Shown piece by piece: positions 6,116 to 15,131 of a DNA stretch of 24,000 nucleotides (within the stretch, counting starts at the first letter, position 1; every line of letters starts with the position of its first letter). Origin of the DNA: an uncultured Bacilli bacterium (lineage in GTDB: Bacteria > Bacillota_I > Bacilli_A > ML615J-28 > CAG-698). The stretch is taken from NCBI GenBank assembly GCA_947627395.1, contig CANQVW010000001.1:16807-40806 (forward strand). The letters run 5' to 3'. The position numbers and the translations under genes are program-made. The notes under the pieces were generated by a model that was not told the origin of the DNA, did not search any database, and saw only the letters and a list, made by a program, of their open reading frames with translations.

Positions 6116-8542
6116 ATGAAAAAAATAGTTTATGGATGTTTTTTTATCCTTACCATTCTTTTATTATTTGGTTGCCAAAATGGAAAATCAGATAGTTATA
6201 TTAAGATTGTTGGTGTGGATGAAATTGAAGTTCAAATGTCAACACAATTTGAACTTGAAACAAGTGATGATGTAGATTCATCTGAAGTTTTGTGGATTTT
6301 GAGCAATCCTAAAATTGCTACTTTAGAAGATGGTCTTTTTACAGCAAATGATTTTGGGATAGCAACTATTACGGCTGTATCAAAAAAGAATGCTTCTATC
6401 TATGATTCAAAACAAATTACTGTTGTTCATCCACATGTTCGTGATATTATTATTGAGGGAGAATCACAAATTGTGATTGGAAAAGCTGCGTATTTAACGG
6501 CAACTATTGTTCCAGATATGGCAGCTAGTGAAATTACTTGGACGAGTAGCGATGAATCGATTGCAACCATTTCTAATGGAGTTGTTATAGGATTAGAAGA
6601 AGGAGAAGTCACAATTTATGTAACTTGTGATGGTTTTACAAAAGCTTTTTTAATTGAAGTGATTTCTAAGCCATTAGAAGTAGTGATTACAGGGGAACAT
6701 CAAATGGTGTTAGGGACTGTTCAAGAATTAAAGTTCAATGTTGATGAGGTTATTCTTTCTTCAAATAATGAAGAGGTTGTTCAAGTTTCTGGGGATAATG
6801 TTATTGCGACCAAACAAGGAAGTGCGATTATTACAGCGGTGAATGCTGAAGATGAAAATGTTACAGGAACATTTGAAATTATTGTAAATGGATATTTAAA
6901 TCGTCCAAAATCAGCAACATCAGAAGAATTGAACCGAATCAATGAAATCATGGAGCAAATGACATTAGAACAAAAAATTGGACAAATGTTTATGATTGAA
7001 GCTTCATCTGAAAGAACTAATGCAGCAAATGGTTTACCAATTATTATTGATCGTGATCAAGGTAGTACAGAACAAAGTAAGCAATATACAATTCAAGAAT
7101 ATTTAGAAGGATACCCTATTGGAAACTTCATTATCAATGAAGATAATATGATTGAAGGTAGTGAAGTCATGGTTAGAGGTATTAAAGAATTATATAAAAT
7201 GGCAAAAGATACGACGAATATTTCTCCTTTAATGGCTTTTAATGAAGGAGATATGGGATATCATATACCTAAAGGATTTATTAATTTTCCTTCACATGCA
7301 GGTCTTGCGGCAATTCAAGACAAAGATTATACAGCTCAAGTAAGTCAATTGTATGCAAATATTTTGCAACAATATGGAATTAATTTAGTTATTTCTCCTT
7401 ATATTACCAATGATGATAGTCGATATTCTATGGATCCAGCTAAAAATGCTTTGTATGCTGGAATTACTAGAAATGAATATCAAAAGAATGATATCATTTA
7501 TAGTGCAGTTCTAGGATATAGCGATGGAAGTGGATATCAAAATTCTAGAAATCTTGAAGATTTAGAAGTAGATGAATTCTTTAATCTTCGCTCGGCAATT
7601 ATTTCAGGAATGCCAATGTTAACGATTGGAAATACCTATTATAATTATTTTGCTTCAACTCCAATTTTTCGAGAAAATCCATTTATTCAAGATTATATTC
7701 GAGATGAACTAGGATTTGATGGTGTTGTTTTTGTTGATCCAACAACAATGACAAATACAGCTCAATTTTATTTTGACACTTACACAGATATAGTCATAGA
7801 AGCGATTAATGCAGGTGTTGATATGATTGGATTCTATTTTAATTTCAATTCATGGAATAATTATAGAAATCGACGAATTTTAGAATCATTTGATGAAATT
7901 GTTGCTGCCGTAAGAGCTGGAACAATTTCCACAGAGCGTATTGATGAATCTGTATCTAGAATTTTACTTATGAAATTAAGATATGGTATTTTAGATAATC
8001 AAGAACCAACAGGTGGATTTAACTATCAAGAATATCAACCACTGTGTGAAGAATTAGAAAAGAAATGTTTTACGGCCATTGGAGATCACACAACCATTAA
8101 TAAAAGGCAATCTACTATGGTCATTTCTATACCTAGTAGTGTTATATATTCACCAACAGTGTTAAAAAATTTTGGTGACCAGTTTGCTTATTATTTCTCC
8201 GCTCATGGTTATGCAGATTATAAAGTATACTATTCAAATTTAAGTAATTATAATCAGATTTTAACTGATCTTGAAAATTATGATCAAATTATTATAGCAA
8301 CAAGTAATTTAAGAGTAGAGTACTATGGAAGATATTGTTTGTTAGTGCAAAGCATTTTTAGTACTCGTCCTGATGCGCTTATGATTGCCTTTAATTCCCC
8401 AGCAGATTATATGTATATAGATGGAGTCAAAAATTATATTTGCTTATATGGGGCGTATACTAATGATTTTGCTTTTTTAATGGATTATTTAAATGGTCAA
8501 GAAGAGGCTCAGGGAAAATTCCCATTAGATTGGAATAATTAA
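6116..8542 (+). CDS. Lipoprotein with three Big_2 (bacterial Ig-like) repeats and a divergent glycoside hydrolase family 3 (NagZ/YbbD-like) domain
   Basis: RBS AGGAGG precedes the ATG. The signal peptide has the lipobox LLFGC (Cys at aa 20). Three repeats of about 75 aa (aa 29-257, nt about 6200-6886) have Big_2-like patterns (ITWTSSDESIATIS..G.V.GLEEGEVTIYV). The GH3 N-terminal domain spans aa about 268-626 (nt about 6917-7993): MTLEQKIGQMFMIE, GINLVISPYI, ELGFDGVVFVDPTTM, RILLMKLRYGI. Confidence 0.85.
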   Translation: MKKIVYGCFFILTILLLFGCQNGKSDSYIKIVGVDEIEVQMSTQFELETSDDVDSSEVLWILSNPKIATLEDGLFTANDFGIATITAVSKKNASIYDSKQITVVHPHVRDIIIEGESQIVIGKAAYLTATIVPDMAASEITWTSSDESIATISNGVVIGLEEGEVTIYVTCDGFTKAFLIEVISKPLEVVITGEHQMVLGTVQELKFNVDEVILSSNNEEVVQVSGDNVIATKQGSAIITAVNAEDENVTGTFEIIVNGYLNRPKSATSEELNRINEIMEQMTLEQKIGQMFMIEASSERTNAANGLPIIIDRDQGSTEQSKQYTIQEYLEGYPIGNFIINEDNMIEGSEVMVRGIKELYKMAKDTTNISPLMAFNEGDMGYHIPKGFINFPSHAGLAAIQDKDYTAQVSQLYANILQQYGINLVISPYITNDDSRYSMDPAKNALYAGITRNEYQKNDIIYSAVLGYSDGSGYQNSRNLEDLEVDEFFNLRSAIISGMPMLTIGNTYYNYFASTPIFRENPFIQDYIRDELGFDGVVFVDPTTMTNTAQFYFDTYTDIVIEAINAGVDMIGFYFNFNSWNNYRNRRILESFDEIVAAVRAGTISTERIDESVSRILLMKLRYGILDNQEPTGGFNYQEYQPLCEELEKKCFTAIGDHTTINKRQSTMVISIPSSVIYSPTVLKNFGDQFAYYFSAHGYADYKVYYSNLSNYNQILTDLENYDQIIIATSNLRVEYYGRYCLLVQSIFSTRPDALMIAFNSPADYMYIDGVKNYICLYGAYTNDFAFLMDYLNGQEEAQGKFPLDWNN

Positions 8543-8548
8543 AAGATA

Positions 8549-8587
8549 AAGCGGTTTAACATAAGTTAGACCGCTTATTATTTTTTT
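8549..8587 (+). terminator. Rho-independent terminator after the lipoprotein gene
   Basis: 12-bp stem AAGCGGTTTAAC (8549-8560) / GTTAGACCGCTT (8565-8576) with one G-U pair and an ATAA loop, followed by ATTA and a T-run. Confidence 0.85.
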
Positions 8588-8614
8588 ATATCTATTTATT
8601 TTTTCATTCAATAC

Positions 8615-8644
8615 TTGACTTAAAGGATAGAATTATGATAATAT
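8615..8644 (+). promoter_or_regulatory. Candidate sigma-A promoter for tRNA-Thr
   Basis: TTGACT (8615-8620), 18-nt spacer, TGaTAATAT with the -10 hexamer at 8639-8644. It sits about 14 nt upstream of the tRNA 5' end. Confidence 0.55.
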
Positions 8645-8657
8645 ATAGAAGCAGTTT

Positions 8658-8733
<76 letters not shown>

Positions 8734-8746
8734 TTTTAATTGAATG

Positions 8747-8775
8747 AGCTCTAATTTCATTTAGGGCTTTTTTAT
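8747..8775 (+). terminator. Rho-independent terminator after tRNA-Thr
   Basis: AGCTCTAA (8747-8754) / TTAGGGCT (8761-8768) forms 8 bp including one G-U pair, with loop TTTCAT, followed by a T-run. Confidence 0.6.
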
Positions 8776-8847
8776 TTTGTATAAAGAAGATTTTGATTCA
8801 TTCTTTTTTTTGATTTGTACTTTTTGTTAATTGAATGAATTTTAACT

Positions 8848-8875
8848 TTGCATTTTTTCTAATTTATGATAAAAT
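8848..8875 (+). promoter_or_regulatory. Candidate promoter (extended -10) for mnmG-rsmG-parA
   Basis: TTGCAT (8848-8853), 16-nt spacer, TGaTAAAAT (8867-8875). Confidence 0.5.
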
Positions 8876-8914
8876 ATACCATGTAGATTATAGAAACAAT
8901 AGAAGGTGAATAAA

Positions 8915-10771
8915 ATGTATGACGTTGTTGTCATTGGTGGAGGTCACGCTGGAGTAGAAGCCGCTTTAGCAACAGCAAGATTAGGATGTAAAACACTTAT
9001 GGTGTTAGGGAGCATAAAACGAATTGCCAATATGCCTTGCAATCCCTCTATAGGAGGGCCTGCAAAAGGAATTATTGTTCGTGAAATTGATGCCCTTGGT
9101 GGTGAAATGGCAAAAGCCATTGATGCAACTTTATTGCAACTAAAAATGTTGAATAGCTCAAAAGGACCTGCCGTTAGAGCTTTACGTGCCCAAGCAGATA
9201 AAATTACATATCCTGAATATATGAGAAATGTTATTTTTTCAACAAACAATCTAGAAGTACTTGAAGGATATGTTACCTCCCTAAAAACGAAAGAAAAACA
9301 AGTTTGTGGAGTTGTTGTAAATGATCAAGAAATTCCAACCAAAGCCGTGATTATTGCTAGTGGAACTTATTTATCTTCTTGTGTGTTGTGTGGAAAGAGT
9401 TCCATTCCATCAGGACCTGATCAAGAACCCACCACTACAAAATTAAGTGAAAGTTTACGTGAATTAGGATTTCGTTTAATTCGCCTAAAAACAGGAACAC
9501 CACCAAGAATTAAAAAAGATACTATTGATTATGATAAAATGACCATTCAATATGGAGATCAAAAAATTTATCGTTTTAGTTCAACAACAACTCACCCCAT
9601 TCCATTTGAAAAACAAGTTGTATGTTATTTAACTTATACAACACCAAAAACACATGAAATCATTCGTGAGCATTTATTAGAATCAAGTATGTATTCAGGA
9701 TTAGTCACAGGAGTAGGTCCTAGATATTGTCCATCCATTGAAGATAAAGTTGTCCGCTTTAAAGATAAAGAAAGACATCAATTATTTATAGAACCAGAAG
9801 GAACAAGTATTCCTGAAATGTATTTACAAGGTTTTTCCACAAGTATGCCTCATGAAGTTCAAGAAGAAATGGTTCATTCTCTTCCTGGATTAGAACAATG
9901 TGTGATTACAAAATATGCTTATGCGATTGAATATGATGCGATTGACCCATTAGAATTAAAAAGTAATTTAGAAACAAAAAAGATTTCTAACTTATTCTTT
10001 GCAGGTCAAGTGAATGGAACCAGTGGATATGAAGAAGCAGCTTGCCAAGGGCTTATGGCTGGAATCAATGCCCATTTAAAACTGGTTGGAAAAGATCCTC
10101 TTGTATTAAAAAGAAATGAAGCCTATACAGGTGTTTTAATTGATGATTTAATTACAAAAGGAGTGAAAGACCCCTATCGAATGCTTACTTCTCGTGCTGA
10201 GTTTCGCTTATTGTTAAGACATGACAATAGTGAACAAAGATTATTAAAATATGGATATCAAGTTGGATTGATTAGTGAAGAAAGATATCAATCATTTCTT
10301 GAAAAAGAAGAAAGAAAGAATCATGTATTACATCAATTAAAAGAAATCTTTTTAACCCCTAAAATGGAAGTCAATCAATATTTAGAAGAACATAAGTTAT
10401 CAGCATTAAATGAAAAAATCAGTGCATGTGACTTTTTAAAAAGACCTGAAGTAAATTGGGAAGATATTGAAGCGTTAACTTCTAAAACTTTTTCCTTAAC
10501 AGATGAAGAAAAAGAAGAACTACTCATTGCAATTCGATATGAAGGATATATTTTAAAAGAATATAAAGTTGCCCAAAAAATGTTACAAATGGAAAATAGA
10601 AGAATTCCTCAAGATATTGATTATGATCAAATTCAAAACATTGCATCAGAAGCAAAAGATAAATTAAAAAAAGTACGCCCAGAAACCATTTCTCAAGCTT
10701 CAAGAATTAGTGGAGTCAATCCAAGTGATATTTCAATTCTTTTGGTGTACTTAGAAAGTAAGAAACAATGA
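8915..10771 (+). CDS. mnmG: tRNA uridine-5-carboxymethylaminomethyl(34) synthesis enzyme MnmG (GidA)
   Basis: YDVVVIGGGHAGVEAALA FAD-binding motif, GPRYCPSIEDK, FFAGQVNGTSGYEEAA and the C-terminal SGVNPSDISILLVYL are all typical of MnmG. GAAGGTG lies 6 nt upstream of ATG 8915, which I prefer over the GTG at 8906. Confidence 0.95.
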   Translation: MYDVVVIGGGHAGVEAALATARLGCKTLMVLGSIKRIANMPCNPSIGGPAKGIIVREIDALGGEMAKAIDATLLQLKMLNSSKGPAVRALRAQADKITYPEYMRNVIFSTNNLEVLEGYVTSLKTKEKQVCGVVVNDQEIPTKAVIIASGTYLSSCVLCGKSSIPSGPDQEPTTTKLSESLRELGFRLIRLKTGTPPRIKKDTIDYDKMTIQYGDQKIYRFSSTTTHPIPFEKQVVCYLTYTTPKTHEIIREHLLESSMYSGLVTGVGPRYCPSIEDKVVRFKDKERHQLFIEPEGTSIPEMYLQGFSTSMPHEVQEEMVHSLPGLEQCVITKYAYAIEYDAIDPLELKSNLETKKISNLFFAGQVNGTSGYEEAACQGLMAGINAHLKLVGKDPLVLKRNEAYTGVLIDDLITKGVKDPYRMLTSRAEFRLLLRHDNSEQRLLKYGYQVGLISEERYQSFLEKEERKNHVLHQLKEIFLTPKMEVNQYLEEHKLSALNEKISACDFLKRPEVNWEDIEALTSKTFSLTDEEKEELLIAIRYEGYILKEYKVAQKMLQMENRRIPQDIDYDQIQNIASEAKDKLKKVRPETISQASRISGVNPSDISILLVYLESKKQ

Positions 10772-11430
10772 ACAAAATTGAATCTCATTCCCATTCTTTT
10801 TTAACATATTATCAATTTTTAAAGGAAGAAAATGAAAAATATAATTTAACCGCTATTACTTCTTTTGAAGAGGTTTATGAAAAACATTTCAAAGATTCTT
10901 TAATGGTTTGTAATGTTATACCAATGGAAGACATTAAAACCATTTGTGATGTAGGTAGTGGGGCAGGATTTCCTGGAATTCCATTAAAAATAGTTTTTCC
11001 TCATTTATCTTTAACCATTATTGAACCAACACAAAAGAGATGCCAATTTTTAAAAAAACTCATTGAAAAGTTAGAATTAAAGGATGTTACTATTATCAAC
11101 GATCGAGCAGAAAATCAAAACAATTTAAGAGAGCATTTTGATCTTGTTTGTGCAAGAGCTGTTGCTTCTTTACCTATTTTATTAGAACTTTGTATACCAT
11201 TAGTTAAAAAAGATAAATATTTCATTGCGATGAAAGGATCGAATTATCAAGAAGAAATCCATCAAGCAAGTCATGCTTGTAAAGTATTGGATTGTGTTTT
11301 AGAAATGGTTCAAACGTATGAACTATCTCAAGGATTTGGAACACATAGTCTATTAAGATATAAAAAAAATAAAATTACAAAATCAAGTTATCCACGTCAT
11401 TATGCAACAATAAAGAAAAAACCATTATAA
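10768..11430 (+). CDS. rsmG: 16S rRNA (guanine527-N7)-methyltransferase RsmG (GidB)
   Basis: ATGA overlap with mnmG. Motifs seen: YNLTAITSFEEVYEKHFKDSL, the SAM-binding motif DVGSGAGFPGIPLKI, and ARAVA. Confidence 0.9.
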   Translation: MNKIESHSHSFLTYYQFLKEENEKYNLTAITSFEEVYEKHFKDSLMVCNVIPMEDIKTICDVGSGAGFPGIPLKIVFPHLSLTIIEPTQKRCQFLKKLIEKLELKDVTIINDRAENQNNLREHFDLVCARAVASLPILLELCIPLVKKDKYFIAMKGSNYQEEIHQASHACKVLDCVLEMVQTYELSQGFGTHSLLRYKKNKITKSSYPRHYATIKKKPL

Positions 11431-11444
11431 GAAAGGAAACATCT

Positions 11445-12227
11445 ATGGGAAAGATTATTGCAATAGCTAATCAAAAGGGTGGAGTAGGAAAAACAACAAC
11501 GACCATTAATTTAGGGGCTGCATTAGCTTTAGAAAATAAAAAAGTATTAATTATTGATTTAGATCCACAAGCAAATGCAACCATTGGCTTGGGATTACAA
11601 AGGGAAATGATTCATTTAACATCCTATGATGTATTAACAAAAAGTATTTGTTTAAAAGATGCAATTTATCAACAAACTATGAATCATTTAGATTTAATAC
11701 CTGCCAACATTGCACTAGAAAATATTGGTGAGCAATTGTATGCTTACAATGAAAAAGAAAAAATACTTTCTCGTAAATTAGAAAATATTCAAAATGAATA
11801 TGATTATATTTTATTAGATTGTCCACCATCAGTTGGAGTGTTAATTGATAATGCTTTATTCGCAAGTCATTCTGTATTAATCCCTGTGGAATGTGAATAT
11901 TTTGCTTATGATGCTCTAACACAAATGGTACGTAAGATTCAACAAATTCAAAACAAGAAAAAAGAATATGGTTCTTCTTTAACAATCGAAGGTGTTTTAT
12001 TAACCAAATTGGATAATCGAAATGTATTTGGGTACCGAATTGTTGATAAAGTAAAAGAACTTTTTCCAGATAAAACATTTAAAACAATTATTAGTCATTC
12101 TAGTCATTTACAAGAAGCTCCTATGCATGGTAAAAGTGTTTTGGAGTTTGCATATAATTCAAGAGGAAGTAAGCAATATCGGGAACTTGCTCAGGAATTA
12201 TTACAAAATCATCAAAAGGAGGATTAA
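11445..12227 (+). CDS. parA: ParA/Soj family chromosome-partitioning ATPase
   Basis: Deviant Walker A in IIAIANQKGGVGKTTTTINLGAALA, plus DLDPQANAT and the Walker B ILLDCPPS. Length (260 aa) and position after rsmG match Soj. Confidence 0.9.
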   Translation: MGKIIAIANQKGGVGKTTTTINLGAALALENKKVLIIDLDPQANATIGLGLQREMIHLTSYDVLTKSICLKDAIYQQTMNHLDLIPANIALENIGEQLYAYNEKEKILSRKLENIQNEYDYILLDCPPSVGVLIDNALFASHSVLIPVECEYFAYDALTQMVRKIQQIQNKKKEYGSSLTIEGVLLTKLDNRNVFGYRIVDKVKELFPDKTFKTIISHSSHLQEAPMHGKSVLEFAYNSRGSKQYRELAQELLQNHQKED

Positions 12228-12229
12228 AT

Positions 12230-13063
12230 ATGCAATTTGTTCAATTAACCATTTCTGAAAAGATAAGTGAATGGTTTAATTTTCATACACGTCAATTAAT
12301 TGTATCAGGAATTATTTTCTTTATTGCATTGATATGTATTTTATTTATTCATTTTTTTTCCTTCCGTTTTCGTAAAAAAGTGAGTAAAAAAGCAGAATCA
12401 TTAGCGAACTTCTTACGTGGGATTATTGAAACAGCTGTGATTATTATTACAATATTTATTTTACTAGCTGTATGGAGATTTAATGTTGTGATTGCTTTAA
12501 TTACTATGGGAATTCTTTTATTTGTCCTTGGTTTGGGTGCAAAAAATGTTTTGGGAGATGTTATTGCTGGAATTACCATTGTGTTTGGAAATTATTATGA
12601 TGTAGATGAAATTATTTCCATTCAAGGGTTTAAAGGGAAAGTCATTGATATTGGTATAAGAAGTACTAAAATTATGAATTGGCAAGGAGAAGTTCGTATT
12701 TTCATGAATGGTTCTATTTTAGAAGTTAGCAATTATTCACGTAACTTTTCTGTTGCTAGTGTGCTTGTTGAAATAGCAAGAAAAGAAGATATCAATCATG
12801 TAATAACATTATTGGATGAAGAATTACCATCAATGAAAGAACTTTTTCCACAAATCATTGAAGGACCTAATGTTGTGGGAATTGAGGAAATGAATAGTGA
12901 AAAAATCATCCTTAGAATTAATGCAAAAACCAATCCAGAAGAACATTATGTTGTTGAAAGAGGATTGAAAAAATATATTAAAGAACTATTTGAAAATCAT
13001 CATATAAAACTTCCTCATGAAAATGTCATTCTTCAATCTAAGGAGGAAGATCAACATGAATAA
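12230..13063 (+). CDS. MscS-family small-conductance mechanosensitive channel
   Basis: Three N-terminal TM helices followed by the MscS core GDVIAGITIVFGNYYDVDEIISIQGFKGKVIDIGIRSTKIMNWQGEVRIFMNGSI. Confidence 0.8.
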   Translation: MQFVQLTISEKISEWFNFHTRQLIVSGIIFFIALICILFIHFFSFRFRKKVSKKAESLANFLRGIIETAVIIITIFILLAVWRFNVVIALITMGILLFVLGLGAKNVLGDVIAGITIVFGNYYDVDEIISIQGFKGKVIDIGIRSTKIMNWQGEVRIFMNGSILEVSNYSRNFSVASVLVEIARKEDINHVITLLDEELPSMKELFPQIIEGPNVVGIEEMNSEKIILRINAKTNPEEHYVVERGLKKYIKELFENHHIKLPHENVILQSKEEDQHE

Positions 13064-13244
13064 TGCAAATATTTATCAACCTGGTGACATCTTGCAATTT
13101 AAAAAAGTTCATCCATGCGGATCTTCTACATGGAAAGTTCTTAAAATTGGTGTCGATTATAAATTAGAATGTTGTGGATGTCAAAGACAAATCATTATTC
13201 CTAGAGTAGAACTTGCAAAAAAAGTAAAAAAGAAAATTGAATAA
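13056..13244 (+). CDS. DUF951 (YyzM-like) small protein
   Basis: AGGAGG at 13041-13046 lies 9 nt before ATG 13056. The sequence GDILQFKKVHPCGSSTWKVLKIGVDYKLECCGCQRQIIIPR matches the DUF951 pattern. It overlaps the end of mscS by 8 nt. The ORF-track start at 13017 has no RBS. Confidence 0.75.
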   Translation: MNNANIYQPGDILQFKKVHPCGSSTWKVLKIGVDYKLECCGCQRQIIIPRVELAKKVKKKIE

Positions 13245-13245
13245 T

Positions 13246-13283
13246 AAAAGCTCTTTATTTTATATCTAGAGCTTTTTGTTTTT
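13246..13283 (+). terminator. Rho-independent terminator after DUF951
   Basis: 9-bp perfect stem AAAAGCTCT (13246-13254) / AGAGCTTTT (13268-13276), followed by a TGTTTTT tail. Confidence 0.8.
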
Positions 13284-13331
13284 ATATTGATATATTTAAT
13301 TTATAATTTTATGTTATTTTTGATAAAAAAA

Positions 13332-13340
13332 TGATATAAT
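13332..13340 (+). promoter_or_regulatory. Candidate extended -10 promoter for the ABC pair
   Basis: TGaTATAAT at 13332-13340. There is no good -35 at 17-nt spacing, and the TTGATA at 13320-13325 is too close. Confidence 0.4.
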
Positions 13341-13367
13341 AAACAGAATGTAAAAGAGGAGGTTATT

Positions 13368-15131
13368 ATGAAGTATAGTTTTAAATCATGCAAAATGTTA
13401 ATTCAATTTTATCCACTATATTTAGTTGAACAAATTATTAAAACACTTATCTCCATTTTAACCCCATTAATTCCAATCTATGTCAGTGGGCAAATTGTTA
13501 CATTATTTATGAAGGATGAAAAATTAACTTCCATTGTTATGATGACACTCATTGCTTTTGGAATTTATTTTTTATGTGAATTTATTATTTATTTATTTTC
13601 TTTCTATGAGGGATACGTGCAAAGAATGTTTTGTGCACGTTTGTCTACTGTATTCTACAGAAAACTTTCCTGTATTGATTATGATTTTCATGAAAGTCCA
13701 GTTTTTTTAAATGATTATACTCGCTCGTTAGAAGAAGGAGTCAATCATATATATTCTACTGCTAACTATACATTTACATTAATCATTAGTTTTTTTCAAA
13801 GTTTAAGTATATTTACTATTCTATTTCAAATGCATTATTTAACAGTTCTCTTTGCTTTTGTTTTAGGATTCATTTATTTATTGATACGTATTCAAATGGG
13901 AAGAATTAATCATAAAAGTCGCTCACTACAAAGACCCTACAGAAGACATACATGGTATAGTAATCGTGCTTTTACTTTAAAAGATGGAATGGCAGATTTA
14001 AAAACTTCAGAAATTGATGAGATATTATTAGAAAATAATGACATTGCACATGATAAAATCATTGAAGCATTAGATAAATATACATCCAAAGTCGCTTTAT
14101 TAAATTTTATTGGTGAAATTTTAATGATGCTTATTTACCCTGGCGTTTTAGCAATTCTAGCTTACTTAACCATTGAAGGAGTTGATTTACCTGAATTCAC
14201 TGTTCTAGCAACTGCTGCAACAACTCTTTCTAGTTTGATTGTAAGAATATCCACCAACTACGGACAATTACAAGATGTCATTGTGGAATGTCGTGTTCCG
14301 TTTGATTTAATGAACACGCAAGGTAAAATAGAAGGGGTCACATTAAAAAATGTCTCTGGAAATTTTGAATCTTTAGAAGTAAAAGATATGACCTTTTCTT
14401 ATGATGGAAAAAAGAATTGTTTAGAACACATCAATATGGAAATCAAAAAAGGACAAAAGATTGCCATTGTAGGTTCAAATGGAGCAGGAAAAACAACACT
14501 TGTGAAATTGCTCTTACGTCTGTATGATCCAAATAGTGGATCTATATCCATTAATCATCAAAATTATCAAGAAACAACAGCTAAAGATATTCGCATTTTT
14601 GTCGGCGCAGTATTTCAAAATGTGGAAACATATGCCATGAGTATTGCGGAAAATGTATTATTAAGAGCACCCAAAACACAAGAAGATATTGACTTAGTTA
14701 TTGAAGCTTTAAAATTTGCTGGATTGTATGAATCTGTTGAAATGTTACCTCAAGGAATCCATACGCAAATAACAAGAGAATTTGATCAAAAGGGAATTAT
14801 TTTTTCTGGAGGTCAAAATCAAAAATTAGCTATTGCTAGAGGATATGCACAGCATTATGAACTATTTATTTTAGATGAACCATCTTCCGCATTAGATCCA
14901 ATTGCGGAGGCAAAAGTATATCAAAATATGTTAGAACTTGGAAAAGATAGAACCATTATTTTTATATCTCATCGTTTAACCACAACGGTCAATGCAGATA
15001 AAATATATTTATTTGAAAAAGGAAAGATTATTGAAGAAGGGACACACCAAGAAATGATGGATAAAAATGGTATTTATAAAAAAATGTTTTTGTCACAATC
15101 CAGTAAATATTTAGGTAAATCATATGAATAA
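13368..15131 (+). CDS. ABC exporter half-transporter (fused TMD-NBD), first of an overlapping pair
   Basis: RBS GAGGAGG precedes the ATG. An N-terminal six-TM-type region is followed by Walker A GSNGAGKTT, signature FSGGQNQK, Walker B FILDEPSSALD and H-loop ISHRL. Confidence 0.9.
   Translation: MKYSFKSCKMLIQFYPLYLVEQIIKTLISILTPLIPIYVSGQIVTLFMKDEKLTSIVMMTLIAFGIYFLCEFIIYLFSFYEGYVQRMFCARLSTVFYRKLSCIDYDFHESPVFLNDYTRSLEEGVNHIYSTANYTFTLIISFFQSLSIFTILFQMHYLTVLFAFVLGFIYLLIRIQMGRINHKSRSLQRPYRRHTWYSNRAFTLKDGMADLKTSEIDEILLENNDIAHDKIIEALDKYTSKVALLNFIGEILMMLIYPGVLAILAYLTIEGVDLPEFTVLATAATTLSSLIVRISTNYGQLQDVIVECRVPFDLMNTQGKIEGVTLKNVSGNFESLEVKDMTFSYDGKKNCLEHINMEIKKGQKIAIVGSNGAGKTTLVKLLLRLYDPNSGSISINHQNYQETTAKDIRIFVGAVFQNVETYAMSIAENVLLRAPKTQEDIDLVIEALKFAGLYESVEMLPQGIHTQITREFDQKGIIFSGGQNQKLAIARGYAQHYELFILDEPSSALDPIAEAKVYQNMLELGKDRTIIFISHRLTTTVNADKIYLFEKGKIIEEGTHQEMMDKNGIYKKMFLSQSSKYLGKSYE

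Noticed and set aside
8736-8838. Exact 12-nt direct repeat TTAATTGAATGA at 8736-8747 (3 nt after the tRNA-Thr CCA) and at 8827-8838, resembling att-site remnants next to a tRNA.
   Set aside because: The repeats enclose only about 80 nt with no gene, and no integrase is nearby. In DNA this AT-rich, a rough estimate suggests about one such short local repeat per window by chance. It could be rechecked by comparing this junction with related genomes.
13311-13334. Mini-ORF of 7 codons (MLFLIKK) upstream of the ABC pair, considered as a leader peptide or attenuator as in bmrB-bmrCD.
   Set aside because: It has no RBS, it lies upstream of the only plausible -10 element (13335-13340) so would not be in the transcript, and no alternative hairpins follow it.
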